The notes under the pieces: generated by a model
Told to the model about the DNA's origin: nothing
The model's database searches: none
What the model saw: the letters and a program-made list of their open reading frames with translations, nothing else
Translations under genes and position numbers: made by a program
From: a virus
Virus record (IMG/VR): IMGVR_UViG_3300022074_000002
Direction: 5' to 3' (one strand)
Length of the DNA stretch: 64,000 nt
Shown: positions 38,901-48,435 of the stretch, in pieces
Layout of the letters: every line of letters starts with the position of its first letter
How positions within the stretch are numbered: the first letter of the stretch is position 1

Positions 38901-39519
38901 AGACGTTAAACTCGTAACAGAGGAAAAAAACGGAAAGAAACTTCTTTATATTGAAGGAGTGTTCTTACAATCTGAGTTAAAAAATCGCAATGGTCGTATG
39001 TACCCCTTCACTGTTCTTGACCGTGAGGTTAAGAGATATAATGAAGAGTATGTACAATCTAAACGTGCTCTCGGTGAACTTGGACATCCCGATGGTCCTA
39101 CTATCAATCTTGATAGAGTGTCTCATAGAATTACTTCACTCAGAGCAGAGGGAAATAATTTTATTGGCAAGGCACAAATTTTAGACACACCAATGGGTAA
39201 CATTGCTAAGAACTTACTTGGCGAAGGTGTTCAGTTGGGTGTTTCCTCACGTGGTATGGGAAGCATCGACAAGACAGAAAGTTGCAATGTTGTGCGTGAT
39301 GACTTCATGCTCACCACTGCTGCAGACATAGTAGCAGACCCCTCCGCACCTGATGCTTTCGTTAATGGAATCATGGAAGGTAAAGAATGGGTTTGGTGTA
39401 ACGGTATACTAAAGGAAACTGAAGTTGCTAAATATAAAAAGATAATGAGCGACGCAAGTCGCAATGATGTAGAGGCAAAAACGCTCCAAGTTTTTGAGCA
39501 TTTCCTCTCAAATCTTTGA
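38875..39519 (+). CDS. g21: Prohead protease gp21
   Basis: Start MKLITE at 38875; YIEGVFLQ..KNRNGR.YP, ALGELGHP, GVSSRGMGS, DIVADPSAPDAFV.GIME. Confidence 0.95.
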   Translation: MKLITETIEDVKLVTEEKNGKKLLYIEGVFLQSELKNRNGRMYPFTVLDREVKRYNEEYVQSKRALGELGHPDGPTINLDRVSHRITSLRAEGNNFIGKAQILDTPMGNIAKNLLGEGVQLGVSSRGMGSIDKTESCNVVRDDFMLTTAADIVADPSAPDAFVNGIMEGKEWVWCNGILKETEVAKYKKIMSDASRNDVEAKTLQVFEHFLSNL

Positions 39520-39522
39520 TTC

Positions 39523-39530
39523 TATAAATA
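39523..39530 (+). promoter_or_regulatory. T4 late promoter (perfect TATAAATA) for g22-g23
   Basis: Exact consensus in the g21-g22 gap. Confidence 0.75.
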
Positions 39531-39570
39531 ATTCATATCACTATACGGAAAATTATTAAGGTAAACTCTA

Positions 39571-40749
39571 ATGTCAGATAAACTTAACGAAAAATTTGAG
39601 GAGTTTGCTACCGAGCAAAAAGTGACTATCGTGGAAGGCGACCCTATGCCGACTGTTTCCGCAAACGTCATACCAGGCACAGGTAGCGAACCATCTCAGG
39701 TTTCTGATGCACAGACATCAAATGGTGGCGGGAAAGATCCTATGCCAACAGTTGATGCTGGTAAATCATATGGACAGTCTGCTCCTGCAGATTTAGGTGG
39801 TACATCCACCACTCCTAATGAGCACGATGATGATGGTGAAGAGAATCCAGGTGCTAAGGCAGCCGCTCCAGTAGGAGATAAGGCAGCACAAAGCGATGGA
39901 TCTGCTCAGACATCTAACATTGGAGATGCTGGTGATCAGGGTACACAACCTACAGTTGGTGCAGATGCTGCATACGGAACTGGTACAGGTTCTAGTGTAA
40001 CCTATCCAATCAAACCATCATACGAAGACCTTGATGTTTCCGATGATGTCAATGCCCTATTAGAGGGAACAGAACTCTCAAAAGAGTTTGCTGAGAAAGC
40101 GAAGACTATCTTTGAAGCAGCAATCAAAGCAAAACTCAACGAAGAGTACGACAAGCTTGTAGAACACTTTGCTACAGAACTCGAAAAGCAAGTAGATACT
40201 GCTAAGGCAGAGCTTTCCGAGGAAGTAAATGGCACAGTTAACTACGCCATAGGTCAATGGATGGAGACTAATCAAGTAGCCGTTGATCGTGGAATCAGAA
40301 ATGAGATCACAGAAGACTTCATTGCGGGTCTAAAGGGTCTCTTTGAGGAGCACTACATTTCTATCCCAGACGAGAAAGTCGATGTGGTAGAAGGTATGGC
40401 TGACTCTATTCGTGAAATGGAATCACGCCTTGACGAACAGGTCAAAGCTAATGTGAAATTACAAAAGCGTCTTGACGAATCTGCAAGAACAGTTATTCTG
40501 AAGAATGTTTCAGAAGGACTAGCAGATACTCAGAAGGACAAACTCGCTGCACTCGCTGAGAGTCTAGAGTTTACATCTGAAGAGGAATTCTCTAAGAAGG
40601 TTACTACCATCAAGGAGTCTTACTTTACAGAAAAAACTGTAACACCAAGTGAAGTTGCAGACGAAACTCCAGTATTAGGAGCATCAGATAAGGATATTAG
40701 TCCAGCAATGGCACAGTATCTTGATGCGATGAATCGTTGGGGTCAATAA
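39571..40749 (+). CDS. g22: Prohead scaffold protein gp22
   Basis: Acidic coiled coil (KAKTIFEAAI, EDFIAGLKGLFEEHYI.IPDEK) with a low-complexity N-terminus; lies between g21 and g23. Confidence 0.93.
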   Translation: MSDKLNEKFEEFATEQKVTIVEGDPMPTVSANVIPGTGSEPSQVSDAQTSNGGGKDPMPTVDAGKSYGQSAPADLGGTSTTPNEHDDDGEENPGAKAAAPVGDKAAQSDGSAQTSNIGDAGDQGTQPTVGADAAYGTGTGSSVTYPIKPSYEDLDVSDDVNALLEGTELSKEFAEKAKTIFEAAIKAKLNEEYDKLVEHFATELEKQVDTAKAELSEEVNGTVNYAIGQWMETNQVAVDRGIRNEITEDFIAGLKGLFEEHYISIPDEKVDVVEGMADSIREMESRLDEQVKANVKLQKRLDESARTVILKNVSEGLADTQKDKLAALAESLEFTSEEEFSKKVTTIKESYFTEKTVTPSEVADETPVLGASDKDISPAMAQYLDAMNRWGQ

Positions 40750-40780
40750 ATTATAAATCTATTTTTCTTAAAAGAGCAAA

Positions 40781-42202
40781 ATGTTTAACTCAAAAGCTCT
40801 AACAGAGAAGTGGTCACCTGTTCTAAGTCATGAAGGTGCTGGCACCATCAAAGACAATTATAGAAAAGCTGTTACCGCTGTTTTGTTAGAAAACACAGAG
40901 GCTACATTAAGAGAAGAACGTGGAATGATCAATGAAGCATCCAACACAGTTGGTGCCATTGGTACAAGCGGTCTATCTGGTAGTGGTCTTGCTACAAATA
41001 CAGGTGGTCTAGCTGGTTTCGATCCAGTGATGATTAGCCTCATCCGTCGTGCTATGCCAAACTTGGTAGCATACGACATCTGTGGTGTACAACCAATGAG
41101 CGGTCCTACAGGACTAATCTTTGCAATGAAGTCACACTATCAGCAAAATGGATCTGCACTAAGAGCTGGAAACGAAGCACTCTTCAACGAACCAGATCCT
41201 AACTTCTCTGGTAACACACAAGGACCTGCTGCATTCAACGACCCTGCATCTCCTCTTGGAGACGGTGGTTCAACAGATGCTAACCCAGGTTTACTTAACG
41301 ATACATCTGGTGGTGGTACAACTGCTGGTAACTACGAGCGTACTGCTGGTAATATCGCTAGAGAAGACGCCGAAGTTCTAGGTTCTGGATCTACTCTCTT
41401 CAACGAGATGAGTTTCAGTATAGAGAAAACTTCTGTTACTGCTAAAACAAGAGCACTAAAGGCAGAGTACACTCTAGAACTAGCACAAGACTTGAAAGCA
41501 ATTCACGGTCTTGATGCAGAGCAGGAACTTGCTAACTTACTATCAAGTGAGATCCTTGCTGAAATCAACCGTGAGGTTGTTAGAACTGTTTATACAGTTG
41601 CTAAGTCAGGTGCACAAAACAACGTTGCAAACGCTGGTGTATTTGATCTAGACGTAGATAGTAACGGAAGATGGTCAGTTGAGAAATTCAAAGGACTTAT
41701 GTTCCAAATCGAAAGAGATGCAAACGCAATCGCACAGCAAACTCGTAGAGGAAAGGGTAACTTTATCCTAACATCTGCAGACGTTGCTTCTGCTCTTGCT
41801 ATGTCTGGTACTCTAGACTACTCTTCTGGTTTAACAGGTGCTGGTGGTCCTTCAATTGGTGAAGTAGACGACACAGGTAACCTTTTAGTTGGTACAATGA
41901 ATGGTCGCATCAAAGTTTATGTTGACCCTTACTCAGCAAACGTATCTAATACACACTACTATGTTGTAGGATACAAAGGTACATCACCTTACGATGCTGG
42001 ATTATTCTATTGTCCATATGTGCCCCTACAGATGTTAAGAAGCATCGACCCATCTACCTTCCAACCAAAAATTGGTTTCAAGACTAGATACGGTATGGTT
42101 GCTAACCCATTTGTACTTAACGGAAGCACTCCTGATGCTGAAGCTCTTACACACGGTAAGAACCAGTACTACAGAAGAGTTAGAGTAGCAAATCTAACAT
42201 AA
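40781..42202 (+). CDS. g23: Major capsid protein gp23
   Basis: LIRRAMPNL.AYDICGVQPMSGPTGLIFAM, LKAEYTLELAQDLKAIHGLDAE.EL, FQPKIGFKTRYG. Confidence 0.99.
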   Translation: MFNSKALTEKWSPVLSHEGAGTIKDNYRKAVTAVLLENTEATLREERGMINEASNTVGAIGTSGLSGSGLATNTGGLAGFDPVMISLIRRAMPNLVAYDICGVQPMSGPTGLIFAMKSHYQQNGSALRAGNEALFNEPDPNFSGNTQGPAAFNDPASPLGDGGSTDANPGLLNDTSGGGTTAGNYERTAGNIAREDAEVLGSGSTLFNEMSFSIEKTSVTAKTRALKAEYTLELAQDLKAIHGLDAEQELANLLSSEILAEINREVVRTVYTVAKSGAQNNVANAGVFDLDVDSNGRWSVEKFKGLMFQIERDANAIAQQTRRGKGNFILTSADVASALAMSGTLDYSSGLTGAGGPSIGEVDDTGNLLVGTMNGRIKVYVDPYSANVSNTHYYVVGYKGTSPYDAGLFYCPYVPLQMLRSIDPSTFQPKIGFKTRYGMVANPFVLNGSTPDAEALTHGKNQYYRRVRVANLT

Positions 42203-42240
42203 GTGTGGAAAACTCCCTAACATTGTTAGGAAACACAAAC

Positions 42241-42266
42241 AGGGATCCTACGGGATCCCTTTTTTT
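42241..42266 (+). terminator. Rho-independent terminator after g23
   Basis: AGGGATCC-TACG-GGATCCCT followed by a T-run; the loop is a cUACGg (UNCG) tetraloop. Confidence 0.9.
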
Positions 42267-42308
42267 ATGCTTAAATATAAGTAGAGTAAAAAAATCCATG
42301 GACGATTA

Positions 42309-42497
42309 TTGGCAATGAATCAATCATCTGTTATACTATTGTTATGCTTATCACCGTTACTGGTGATATTTCTTGTAATTAAAATTTCACTGTGGATTAC
42401 TGAAACCATGAGATTTAGTTCAGAAACAGATAAACTAAAACGAATGCAACACGGACCTTACATCGTCTGGGACGAGGAGGATGATCTAGATGAATAA
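42309..42497 (+). CDS. Small membrane protein
   Basis: Hydrophobic N-terminal helix and acidic tail; start uncertain (42309 or 42315). Confidence 0.5.
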   Translation: MAMNQSSVILLLCLSPLLVIFLVIKISLWITETMRFSSETDKLKRMQHGPYIVWDEEDDLDE

Positions 42498-42846
42498 CAA
42501 AATTAAACACTACCTAAAAACTAACGACATGTTATCTCAATACGGAAGAAACCTAATTTCTCAAGACAACAAAGTAAAAAAAGCATACGAAAAACCATTC
42601 TTTAAGACCAAGAAACAAACTATGGTTAGTAAAGAAGAAGTTGAAGATATGATTGAGTTTGCTATCAACCAACACAATAGAAACGCTGGTCTAATTAGTA
42701 TGGCACTAGGGTTTGCATTTATTGCCTTGTTTGCTGATGGTCTATTCAGAGTGTTAGGTTTAATACCTCCGTTTATGGGTATTGATGTGAGTGTCGTACA
42801 AGACGTAGTAGATAAACTAAAAGACGAAGTGCTAAGACAAACATAA
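42490..42846 (+). CDS. Hypothetical membrane protein
   Basis: TM segment 'LISMALGFAFIALFADGLFRVLGLIPPFMG'; start may lie downstream of 42490. Confidence 0.55.
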   Translation: MNNKIKHYLKTNDMLSQYGRNLISQDNKVKKAYEKPFFKTKKQTMVSKEEVEDMIEFAINQHNRNAGLISMALGFAFIALFADGLFRVLGLIPPFMGIDVSVVQDVVDKLKDEVLRQT

Positions 42847-42849
42847 ATA
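42842..42849 (+). promoter_or_regulatory. T4-type late promoter (CATAAATA) for g3
   Basis: 22 nt before the g3 ATG. Confidence 0.6.
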
Positions 42850-42870
42850 CTAAGTAGTCGAGATATTAAC

Positions 42871-43401
42871 ATGCCTTTAGGCGGAGCAGATTGGTATAAA
42901 GAACAACCAACCAATAGAAACTTTTTAAACCCTATTGGTTTTATCCTCAAACTAGAAAAGTTTGAAGGTGTAGATTTCTTTTGTCAATCAGCAAACCTTC
43001 CTGATATCAACATGCCTAGTACTCAGGTAGCAAGTCAATTTAGAAACTTGCCTATTATACCTGGTGGAGGAGTAGAGTTTGGTGATCTTTCAGTGACCTT
43101 TATTGTAGATGAAGATCTAAAGAACTACAACAGTATATACAAATGGATGCGTGACAATGGTAATGCGGATCAGATGGCGAGAGAGACACCAGAGGAAGAT
43201 ATATTTACTAATGGTCAATTACTGATAACCACCAGTGCATTCAACCCTGCATTTGTAGTAGACTATCAGAATTTATTCCCTGTAGCACTGACAAATTTGC
43301 AATTTGATGCTACAATAGGAGATGTAGAGTACATTACTGCACAGGTTACATTTAAACATCAGCAGTTCTTCCTACGTGATAAAACATTTAAGAAAATATG
43401 A
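42871..43401 (+). CDS. g3: Tail tube terminator / completion protein gp3
   Basis: NRNFLNP.GF, VDFFCQSANLP.I, FIVDEDLKNY, LFPV.L..LQFDA. Confidence 0.88.
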   Translation: MPLGGADWYKEQPTNRNFLNPIGFILKLEKFEGVDFFCQSANLPDINMPSTQVASQFRNLPIIPGGGVEFGDLSVTFIVDEDLKNYNSIYKWMRDNGNADQMARETPEEDIFTNGQLLITTSAFNPAFVVDYQNLFPVALTNLQFDATIGDVEYITAQVTFKHQQFFLRDKTFKKI

Positions 43402-43871
43402 ATTTTGATTCTCTTCATAATAAATTTCAAAAACTTAGAGAAGAATGGGCAGAAGATAGTCATGTAGACTTTCAATTTAAGAACAAACAATATAGTGCTG
43501 ACTTAGGACAACTCGCATTAGACATACCTTTCCAACACAATAAATACTTAAACCATTACACTGACATATCTCAAATAAAAACTTCTCTAGAGTTTGAAAT
43601 TCGTAAATTAGTAAAGGACAAACGTGAATACTATTCTGGTGAAGCAGATGCTAAGACGTATGCTGCTAAACCATTTGGATCACATATAAAGACAACTGAA
43701 AAGATGAAGGTCTACATAGAGTCTGATGATGAGATCATCAATCTAGAAGCAAAGATCAAGTATCTAGAACAGATGATGTACTTTCTAGATCATGTTATGA
43801 AGCAAATATCAAATAGAGGTTTTCAAGTAAAGAGTGCCATTGAGTGGGAGAAATTTGTTAATGGACAATAA
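43398..43871 (+). CDS. uvsY: Recombination mediator UvsY
   Basis: IP.QHNKYL, KREYYSGEA, IKQI.NRGFQVKSAIEW..F; directly upstream of uvsW. Confidence 0.85.
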   Translation: MNFDSLHNKFQKLREEWAEDSHVDFQFKNKQYSADLGQLALDIPFQHNKYLNHYTDISQIKTSLEFEIRKLVKDKREYYSGEADAKTYAAKPFGSHIKTTEKMKVYIESDDEIINLEAKIKYLEQMMYFLDHVMKQISNRGFQVKSAIEWEKFVNGQ

Positions 43872-45334
43872 TGACACATCTTACAGTAAAGAAAAAGAAT
43901 GAAGTTTATATAACTATTCATTCTAATGAAGAGTACGTCCATAGAGAATTAGCGGACTACTTCACATTTGAAGTTCCAGAAGCAAAATTTTTAAAAAGAA
44001 ATCCCAGATACAAATATTGGGATGGAACTATACGTCTATACTCCCCTGCTACAGGAGATTTGTATCATGGGTTGTTAGATCATCTACAGGTATGGGCAGC
44101 AGAGAAACAATATATTGTAGAGTATGAAAAGAATGATTGGTATGGAGATCTAAGTCAGGATAATAAACTAGTCTCATTACCAGCAGTAAAACAATACATG
44201 AAAAAAATCTCTAAGATAGAACCTAGAGATTATCAATACAATGCGGTGTATGAAGCTTTAAAATATAATCGTAAGTTACTTCTTTCTCCTACGGGTTCTG
44301 GGAAGTCTCTTATGATCTACTCCATAGTCAGATACTATGCTGCCACCGCAAAGAAGATACTTATAGTCGTCCCAACTACATCCCTCGTTGAGCAGATGGT
44401 CAATGATTTTATTTCTTACGGGTGGAGTGCTGACAACTTTGTACATAAAATTTATTCTGGTAAAGATAAGAATACTGACAAACCTATTATAATATCAACT
44501 TGGCAATCTATCTACAAATTTCCTAAAAGATATTTTGATGATATAGATTGTGTGATTGGTGATGAAGCACATCTCTTTAAGTCAAAGTCATTGACAGGTA
44601 TCATGACTAAGTTACACAATGCCAAGTATAGGTTTGGTTTTACTGGTACTCTAGATGGGAGTAAGACTCACAAGTGGGTACTAGAAGGTTTGTTTGGCAA
44701 GTGTGAACAAGTAACTAAAACAGATGATCTAATCAAGGAAGGTTACCTTTCTAATTTTAGGATAAAAATCCTACTTTGTAAACATGCTCCGCAATATTTT
44801 GAATCATATCAAGATGAGATAGAATATCTTGTGGAGCATAAAGGTAGAAATAACCTCATAAAAAATCTAGTCAAAGATCTAGATGGTAACACCCTAGTAC
44901 TATTTAACTACGTAGAAAAACATGGTACACCATTATACGAACTAATAAATAGTAATGTAGACTCCGCACGTAAAGTATTTTTTGTGCATGGAGGAACTGA
45001 CGTAGAAGATCGAGAAGAAGTACGCAATCTTACAGAGACGGAATCTAATGCAATTATCGTTGCCTCTTACGGCACCTTCTCAACTGGAATTAACATTAAG
45101 CGTCTTCACAACATCGTGTTCGCTTCACCATCAAAGTCCAGAATTAGAAACCTACAATCAATTGGTAGAGTTCTTAGAAAAGGAGAAGGTAAGGACATAG
45201 CAACGTTGTATGACATTGCAGATGACATTGGTGGACAGAACTATACGCTGAAGCATTTGAATGAAAGAGTAAACATATACAATACTGAAAATTTTAAGTA
45301 TGAAGTTATAAGAGTAAACCTTAGAGCAAACTAA
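43871..45334 (+). CDS. uvsW: SF2 DNA helicase UvsW
   Basis: PRDYQ, SPTGSGKS, GDEAH, GFTGT, LQSIGRVLR. Confidence 0.96.
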   Translation: MTHLTVKKKNEVYITIHSNEEYVHRELADYFTFEVPEAKFLKRNPRYKYWDGTIRLYSPATGDLYHGLLDHLQVWAAEKQYIVEYEKNDWYGDLSQDNKLVSLPAVKQYMKKISKIEPRDYQYNAVYEALKYNRKLLLSPTGSGKSLMIYSIVRYYAATAKKILIVVPTTSLVEQMVNDFISYGWSADNFVHKIYSGKDKNTDKPIIISTWQSIYKFPKRYFDDIDCVIGDEAHLFKSKSLTGIMTKLHNAKYRFGFTGTLDGSKTHKWVLEGLFGKCEQVTKTDDLIKEGYLSNFRIKILLCKHAPQYFESYQDEIEYLVEHKGRNNLIKNLVKDLDGNTLVLFNYVEKHGTPLYELINSNVDSARKVFFVHGGTDVEDREEVRNLTETESNAIIVASYGTFSTGINIKRLHNIVFASPSKSRIRNLQSIGRVLRKGEGKDIATLYDIADDIGGQNYTLKHLNERVNIYNTENFKYEVIRVNLRAN

Positions 45335-45335
45335 T

Positions 45336-45737
45336 ATGAAAGACGAAGAATTTTATTCAACAATAAAAATCGTAACTGGTGAAGAGATAGTAGCAAAGGT
45401 TATCTATCTTGAGGATGAAGATAAGGTTATGTTAGAGGATCCACTTCTAGTAGAAGTACAGAGGTCAAGGAAGGGTGCATTAGAAATTGCTGGTTTTGCA
45501 TTCAAGGAATGGATGTCGGCGACGTTTGAAGACTTGTATGTTATGAATCGAGAACATATAGTAACAATGTCTGAAGTAGATCCTTCTATAAAAGAATTTT
45601 ATGTAAAGACATTAGAAAGAATAAAGAGTGGTAAAACCTTAGCAAACACTGCAGACAAGTTACCTAGGAAGTCAGGCTATGTCGGGTCAGTCTCTAAATT
45701 CAAGAAGTCTTTAGAGGATATTTTTAAAAAGAGCTAA
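45336..45737 (+). CDS. Conserved hypothetical (Sm-like fold) protein
   Basis: 'TIKIVTGEEIVAKV' pattern, in the usual position between uvsW and g55. Confidence 0.6.
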   Translation: MKDEEFYSTIKIVTGEEIVAKVIYLEDEDKVMLEDPLLVEVQRSRKGALEIAGFAFKEWMSATFEDLYVMNREHIVTMSEVDPSIKEFYVKTLERIKSGKTLANTADKLPRKSGYVGSVSKFKKSLEDIFKKS

Positions 45738-45764
45738 GATCAACCTTAAACCCGCTACACGGTT

Positions 45765-45793
45765 AGTGTACTGGTTATCTAACAGTTTGTCAA
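45765..45793 (-). promoter_or_regulatory. Leftward sigma70-type promoter (antisense to late genes)
   Basis: On the minus strand: TTGACA (45793-45788), 17-bp spacer, TACACT (45770-45765). Confidence 0.55.
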
Positions 45794-45798
45794 GTACC

Positions 45799-45827
45799 TT
45801 TACAAAACTCCTTTCATTTGCTATACT
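45799..45827 (+). promoter_or_regulatory. Sigma70-type promoter for g55
   Basis: TTTACA (45799-45804), 17-bp spacer, extended -10 TGcTATACT (45822-45827). Confidence 0.75.
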
Positions 45828-45849
45828 AAAGACATCATTCAACGCAGTA

Positions 45850-46341
45850 ATGAAAAGAAAAAAAACCGAGTACTATGTAAACAACAAAGAATTTCTCGCT
45901 GCGATCACTGTTTATCGTCAGAAAGTTCATGCTGCCGAAGAAGCGGGAGAAGCAAGACCCAGAGTTACGAATTACTTAGGGTCTTGTTTTTTAAAGATCG
46001 CAACGCATCTCTCATACAAACCAAACTTTGTAAACTATATGTTTAGAGAGGATATGATTTGTGATGGAATAGAAAACTGCTTGCAGTACATAGACAACTT
46101 TGATCCCGAAAAATCAAAGAATCCTTTTGCTTATTTCACACAGATTATATACTATGCTTTTTTAAGACGTATACAAAAGGAAAAGAAACAATTAGAAATC
46201 AAAGGAAAGATACTGGAAAGGTCTGGATTTGATGAGGTAATGCACACTGACAGATATACTGGTAATATGTCAGGTATGAATGCTTCTTATTCTGATATGG
46301 GTAGCATCAAAGAAAACATTGAGACCAAAATGAATCGCTAA
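45850..46341 (+). CDS. g55: Late-transcription sigma factor gp55
   Basis: Start MKRKK at 45850; YVNNKEF, NFVNYMFREDMICDGIENC, NPFAYFTQIIYYAFLRRIQKEKKQ. Confidence 0.96.
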   Translation: MKRKKTEYYVNNKEFLAAITVYRQKVHAAEEAGEARPRVTNYLGSCFLKIATHLSYKPNFVNYMFREDMICDGIENCLQYIDNFDPEKSKNPFAYFTQIIYYAFLRRIQKEKKQLEIKGKILERSGFDEVMHTDRYTGNMSGMNASYSDMGSIKENIETKMNR

Positions 46342-46496
46342 TGCCTAACGACTTATATGATGATATGCGTAGACTGAACGCACTTTATGAAGAACTAATG
46401 TGGAGTCACGATGATGATCTACAATTTATGATTGAAAACGGACGCATCGTTATTTTAAATAGAACACATGAAGAGTATATTAAGAAAACACACTAG
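46341..46496 (+). CDS. Small hypothetical protein (51 aa)
   Basis: Hand-translated MPNDLYDDMRRLNALYEELMW...; TAATG coupling. Confidence 0.55.
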   Translation: MPNDLYDDMRRLNALYEELMWSHDDDLQFMIENGRIVILNRTHEEYIKKTH

Positions 46497-46509
46497 ACAA
46501 GTCGAGAGA

Positions 46510-46626
46510 ATGAATCGCTTTGAACGTAGACTTGCTGTCTCAAGAAAACTCAGAGAGATGTTTCCAGACTATCGTGGAGTCTATAAATTTACTGAATACC
46601 AGTTTATTGATTATGAAAGAATTTAA
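46510..46626 (+). CDS. Small hypothetical protein (38 aa)
   Basis: Hand-translated MNRFERRLAVSRKLREMFPDYRGVYKF..., preceded by a GAGAG SD-like sequence. Confidence 0.35.
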   Translation: MNRFERRLAVSRKLREMFPDYRGVYKFTEYQFIDYERI

Positions 46627-47077
46627 TTATGAACTCGATTACAAGAGACTTGATTTTACAAACGAGGAGACTCGTAAACTATATCGTATTGGAAGAGGGG
46701 AGCAAGGGGTTCTACTGGTTCGCCCTTATACTAACGATATATGTGCTCATTGGAAATTCAAAACTCCACATGATGCAATAATTTCTAGTCATGAAATTTA
46801 TGGCATGTATGTAGAATATCAAAAGGATCAAGATTTTATTGGTATGGATATGTGTCGTAAATTTCTAGAGATGGGATTTACTAGATCAAGAAGATATGCA
46901 AATCACAACTCAGGCAGAAAGTATAAGAAAGGAACTAAGGAGGTTCTACCTCAAGAAACAGATCATGCTACAAGTAAATATGCTGAGTCAGCAAAAATAT
47001 TTAAAAGAGTTCGTGATGTTGTTGCAAAATCCGAAACATATGTTACAATGAGAAAAGACTGGAGATCATCAGAATGA
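46613..47077 (+). CDS. DUF4385-like protein
   Basis: YRIGRGEQGVLLVRPY, FIGMDMCRKFLEMGFTRSRRYANH..GRKY. Confidence 0.75.
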   Translation: MKEFNYELDYKRLDFTNEETRKLYRIGRGEQGVLLVRPYTNDICAHWKFKTPHDAIISSHEIYGMYVEYQKDQDFIGMDMCRKFLEMGFTRSRRYANHNSGRKYKKGTKEVLPQETDHATSKYAESAKIFKRVRDVVAKSETYVTMRKDWRSSE

Positions 47078-47592
47078 ATATCTTTGTTACAGATCCATCA
47101 CCAACTACATCCGCTAGACATCTACCTGACAAACACGTTGTCAAGATGCCTCTAGAAACTTGTCAGATGCTTTCTATTGTTTGCTCTGACAAGTGGGGTC
47201 ACAATTACGGTGATCTACATCGTCTTGATGGTCAAGCATACAAGACAGACAAGGGTGCATTTCGTAATCATCCTTGCACTATATGGGCAAACTCTTGCCT
47301 AGAAAATACATGGTGGTTACTTGCACATGGTCTTGCTCTTTGCAACGAGTACGAGCATCGCTATGGCAAGTCACATAGTTGTGAGAAGACATTGATAGAA
47401 GCAACAACTATCATACCTTCTGCACCTAGTCCATACAAACCATCATCATTTACATTTGCAGGTCCTGACGAGTTCAAGTACGATACAAGTATTGACATCT
47501 TCACTGCATACAAACGCTATGTTGCATCTAAACCTTGGGTTCCTACGAACTATCTTCGTGACCCATCTCGCAAACCAGATTGGATAAATTAA
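47074..47592 (+). CDS. Pyrimidine-dimer glycosylase-like (DenV-related) protein
   Basis: MNIF......A..L.DKHVVKMPLETCQMLS, HPCTIWA, EY..RYGK.H. Confidence 0.55.
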   Translation: MNIFVTDPSPTTSARHLPDKHVVKMPLETCQMLSIVCSDKWGHNYGDLHRLDGQAYKTDKGAFRNHPCTIWANSCLENTWWLLAHGLALCNEYEHRYGKSHSCEKTLIEATTIIPSAPSPYKPSSFTFAGPDEFKYDTSIDIFTAYKRYVASKPWVPTNYLRDPSRKPDWIN

Positions 47593-47828
47593 TGGGAACA
47601 GAAATGTTAGCTATAAGAGATCTATTGCTGTCTTGTCCACCAGTGTATACTTTACCTGGTACATGGACTAAATGCAACGCACTAATTCCACACTACAATG
47701 CAGATCCTAATTTCACATTAGGTATATCAATAGCAGTTATCACTATATTGTTAGCAGGATATGGTGTGTATAAAGGATTTTTTGCAAACAAAAATTTAAC
47801 AGATCCATGGGACGATCATGACGACTAA
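47592..47828 (+). CDS. Small membrane protein
   Basis: TM helix followed by 'L.DPWDDHDD', a PsbN-like tail pattern; not assigned with confidence. Confidence 0.5.
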   Translation: MGTEMLAIRDLLLSCPPVYTLPGTWTKCNALIPHYNADPNFTLGISIAVITILLAGYGVYKGFFANKNLTDPWDDHDD

Positions 47829-48031
47829 TGTATCATAATAATTTTTTTACTGAGGAACAGTGGGAATGTATTAGAGTGTGTGTAGCAAACGCACCTATAC
47901 CTTATGACATTACTAAGAAAAAGATTCCTGCTGAGATCTTAGATAAGATAGGTCAACCTAATAAAATAAAACATGAAGGTATTGAAAAAGTAAAATACGA
48001 TCTAACACCATACGGAATACATGAGAGTTGA
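47828..48031 (+). CDS. Hypothetical protein
   Basis: 67-aa ORF with TAATG coupling. Confidence 0.5.
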   Translation: MYHNNFFTEEQWECIRVCVANAPIPYDITKKKIPAEILDKIGQPNKIKHEGIEKVKYDLTPYGIHES

Positions 48032-48200
48032 TAGACATAGAGACATTGCTGATGACCTTGAAGCAGAACTTCTATCTGAATTAGAAGGTATCACTAAACA
48101 ACTACGTGGCAATATGACACGACTAACCAGAGCAACATCTACTGGAAGATCATCCAAAGTTATTGAAATTGAGTATGAAATTAACGAAAGAACTAATTGA
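48021..48200 (+). CDS. Hypothetical protein (59 aa)
   Basis: Hand-translated MRVDRHRDIADDLEAELLSELEG...; fills the gap. Confidence 0.5.
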   Translation: MRVDRHRDIADDLEAELLSELEGITKQLRGNMTRLTRATSTGRSSKVIEIEYEINERTN

Positions 48201-48435
48201 CCAGATACAGGAAGCAATGCTTCATACCAAGAAAGATGGTAGTATCAACTGGAAAGATGAAGATGATGTGGTAGTACAGTTAGCAGGAACATTTGCTGCT
48301 GATAGATTCATTGTTATCAAAAACAAATCTAAAAGTCCTGTTGTAAGTGCTGAACCACATCCTTATTTTGATTATGAAAAGAAGGTGTTTACTAAAGATG
48401 GTAGAGAAGAATATATGAAAGAGCAAAAGAAATGA
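48175..48435 (+). CDS. Conserved cyanophage hypothetical protein
   Basis: MKLTKELIDQIQEAM...QLAGTFAADRFIVIKN. Confidence 0.6.
   Translation: MKLTKELIDQIQEAMLHTKKDGSINWKDEDDVVVQLAGTFAADRFIVIKNKSKSPVVSAEPHPYFDYEKKVFTKDGREEYMKEQKK

Noticed and set aside
47592-47828. psbN or another photosystem small subunit
   Set aside because: Only the C-terminal 'L.DPWDDHDD' resembles PsbN; the similarity is too short to assign by eye.
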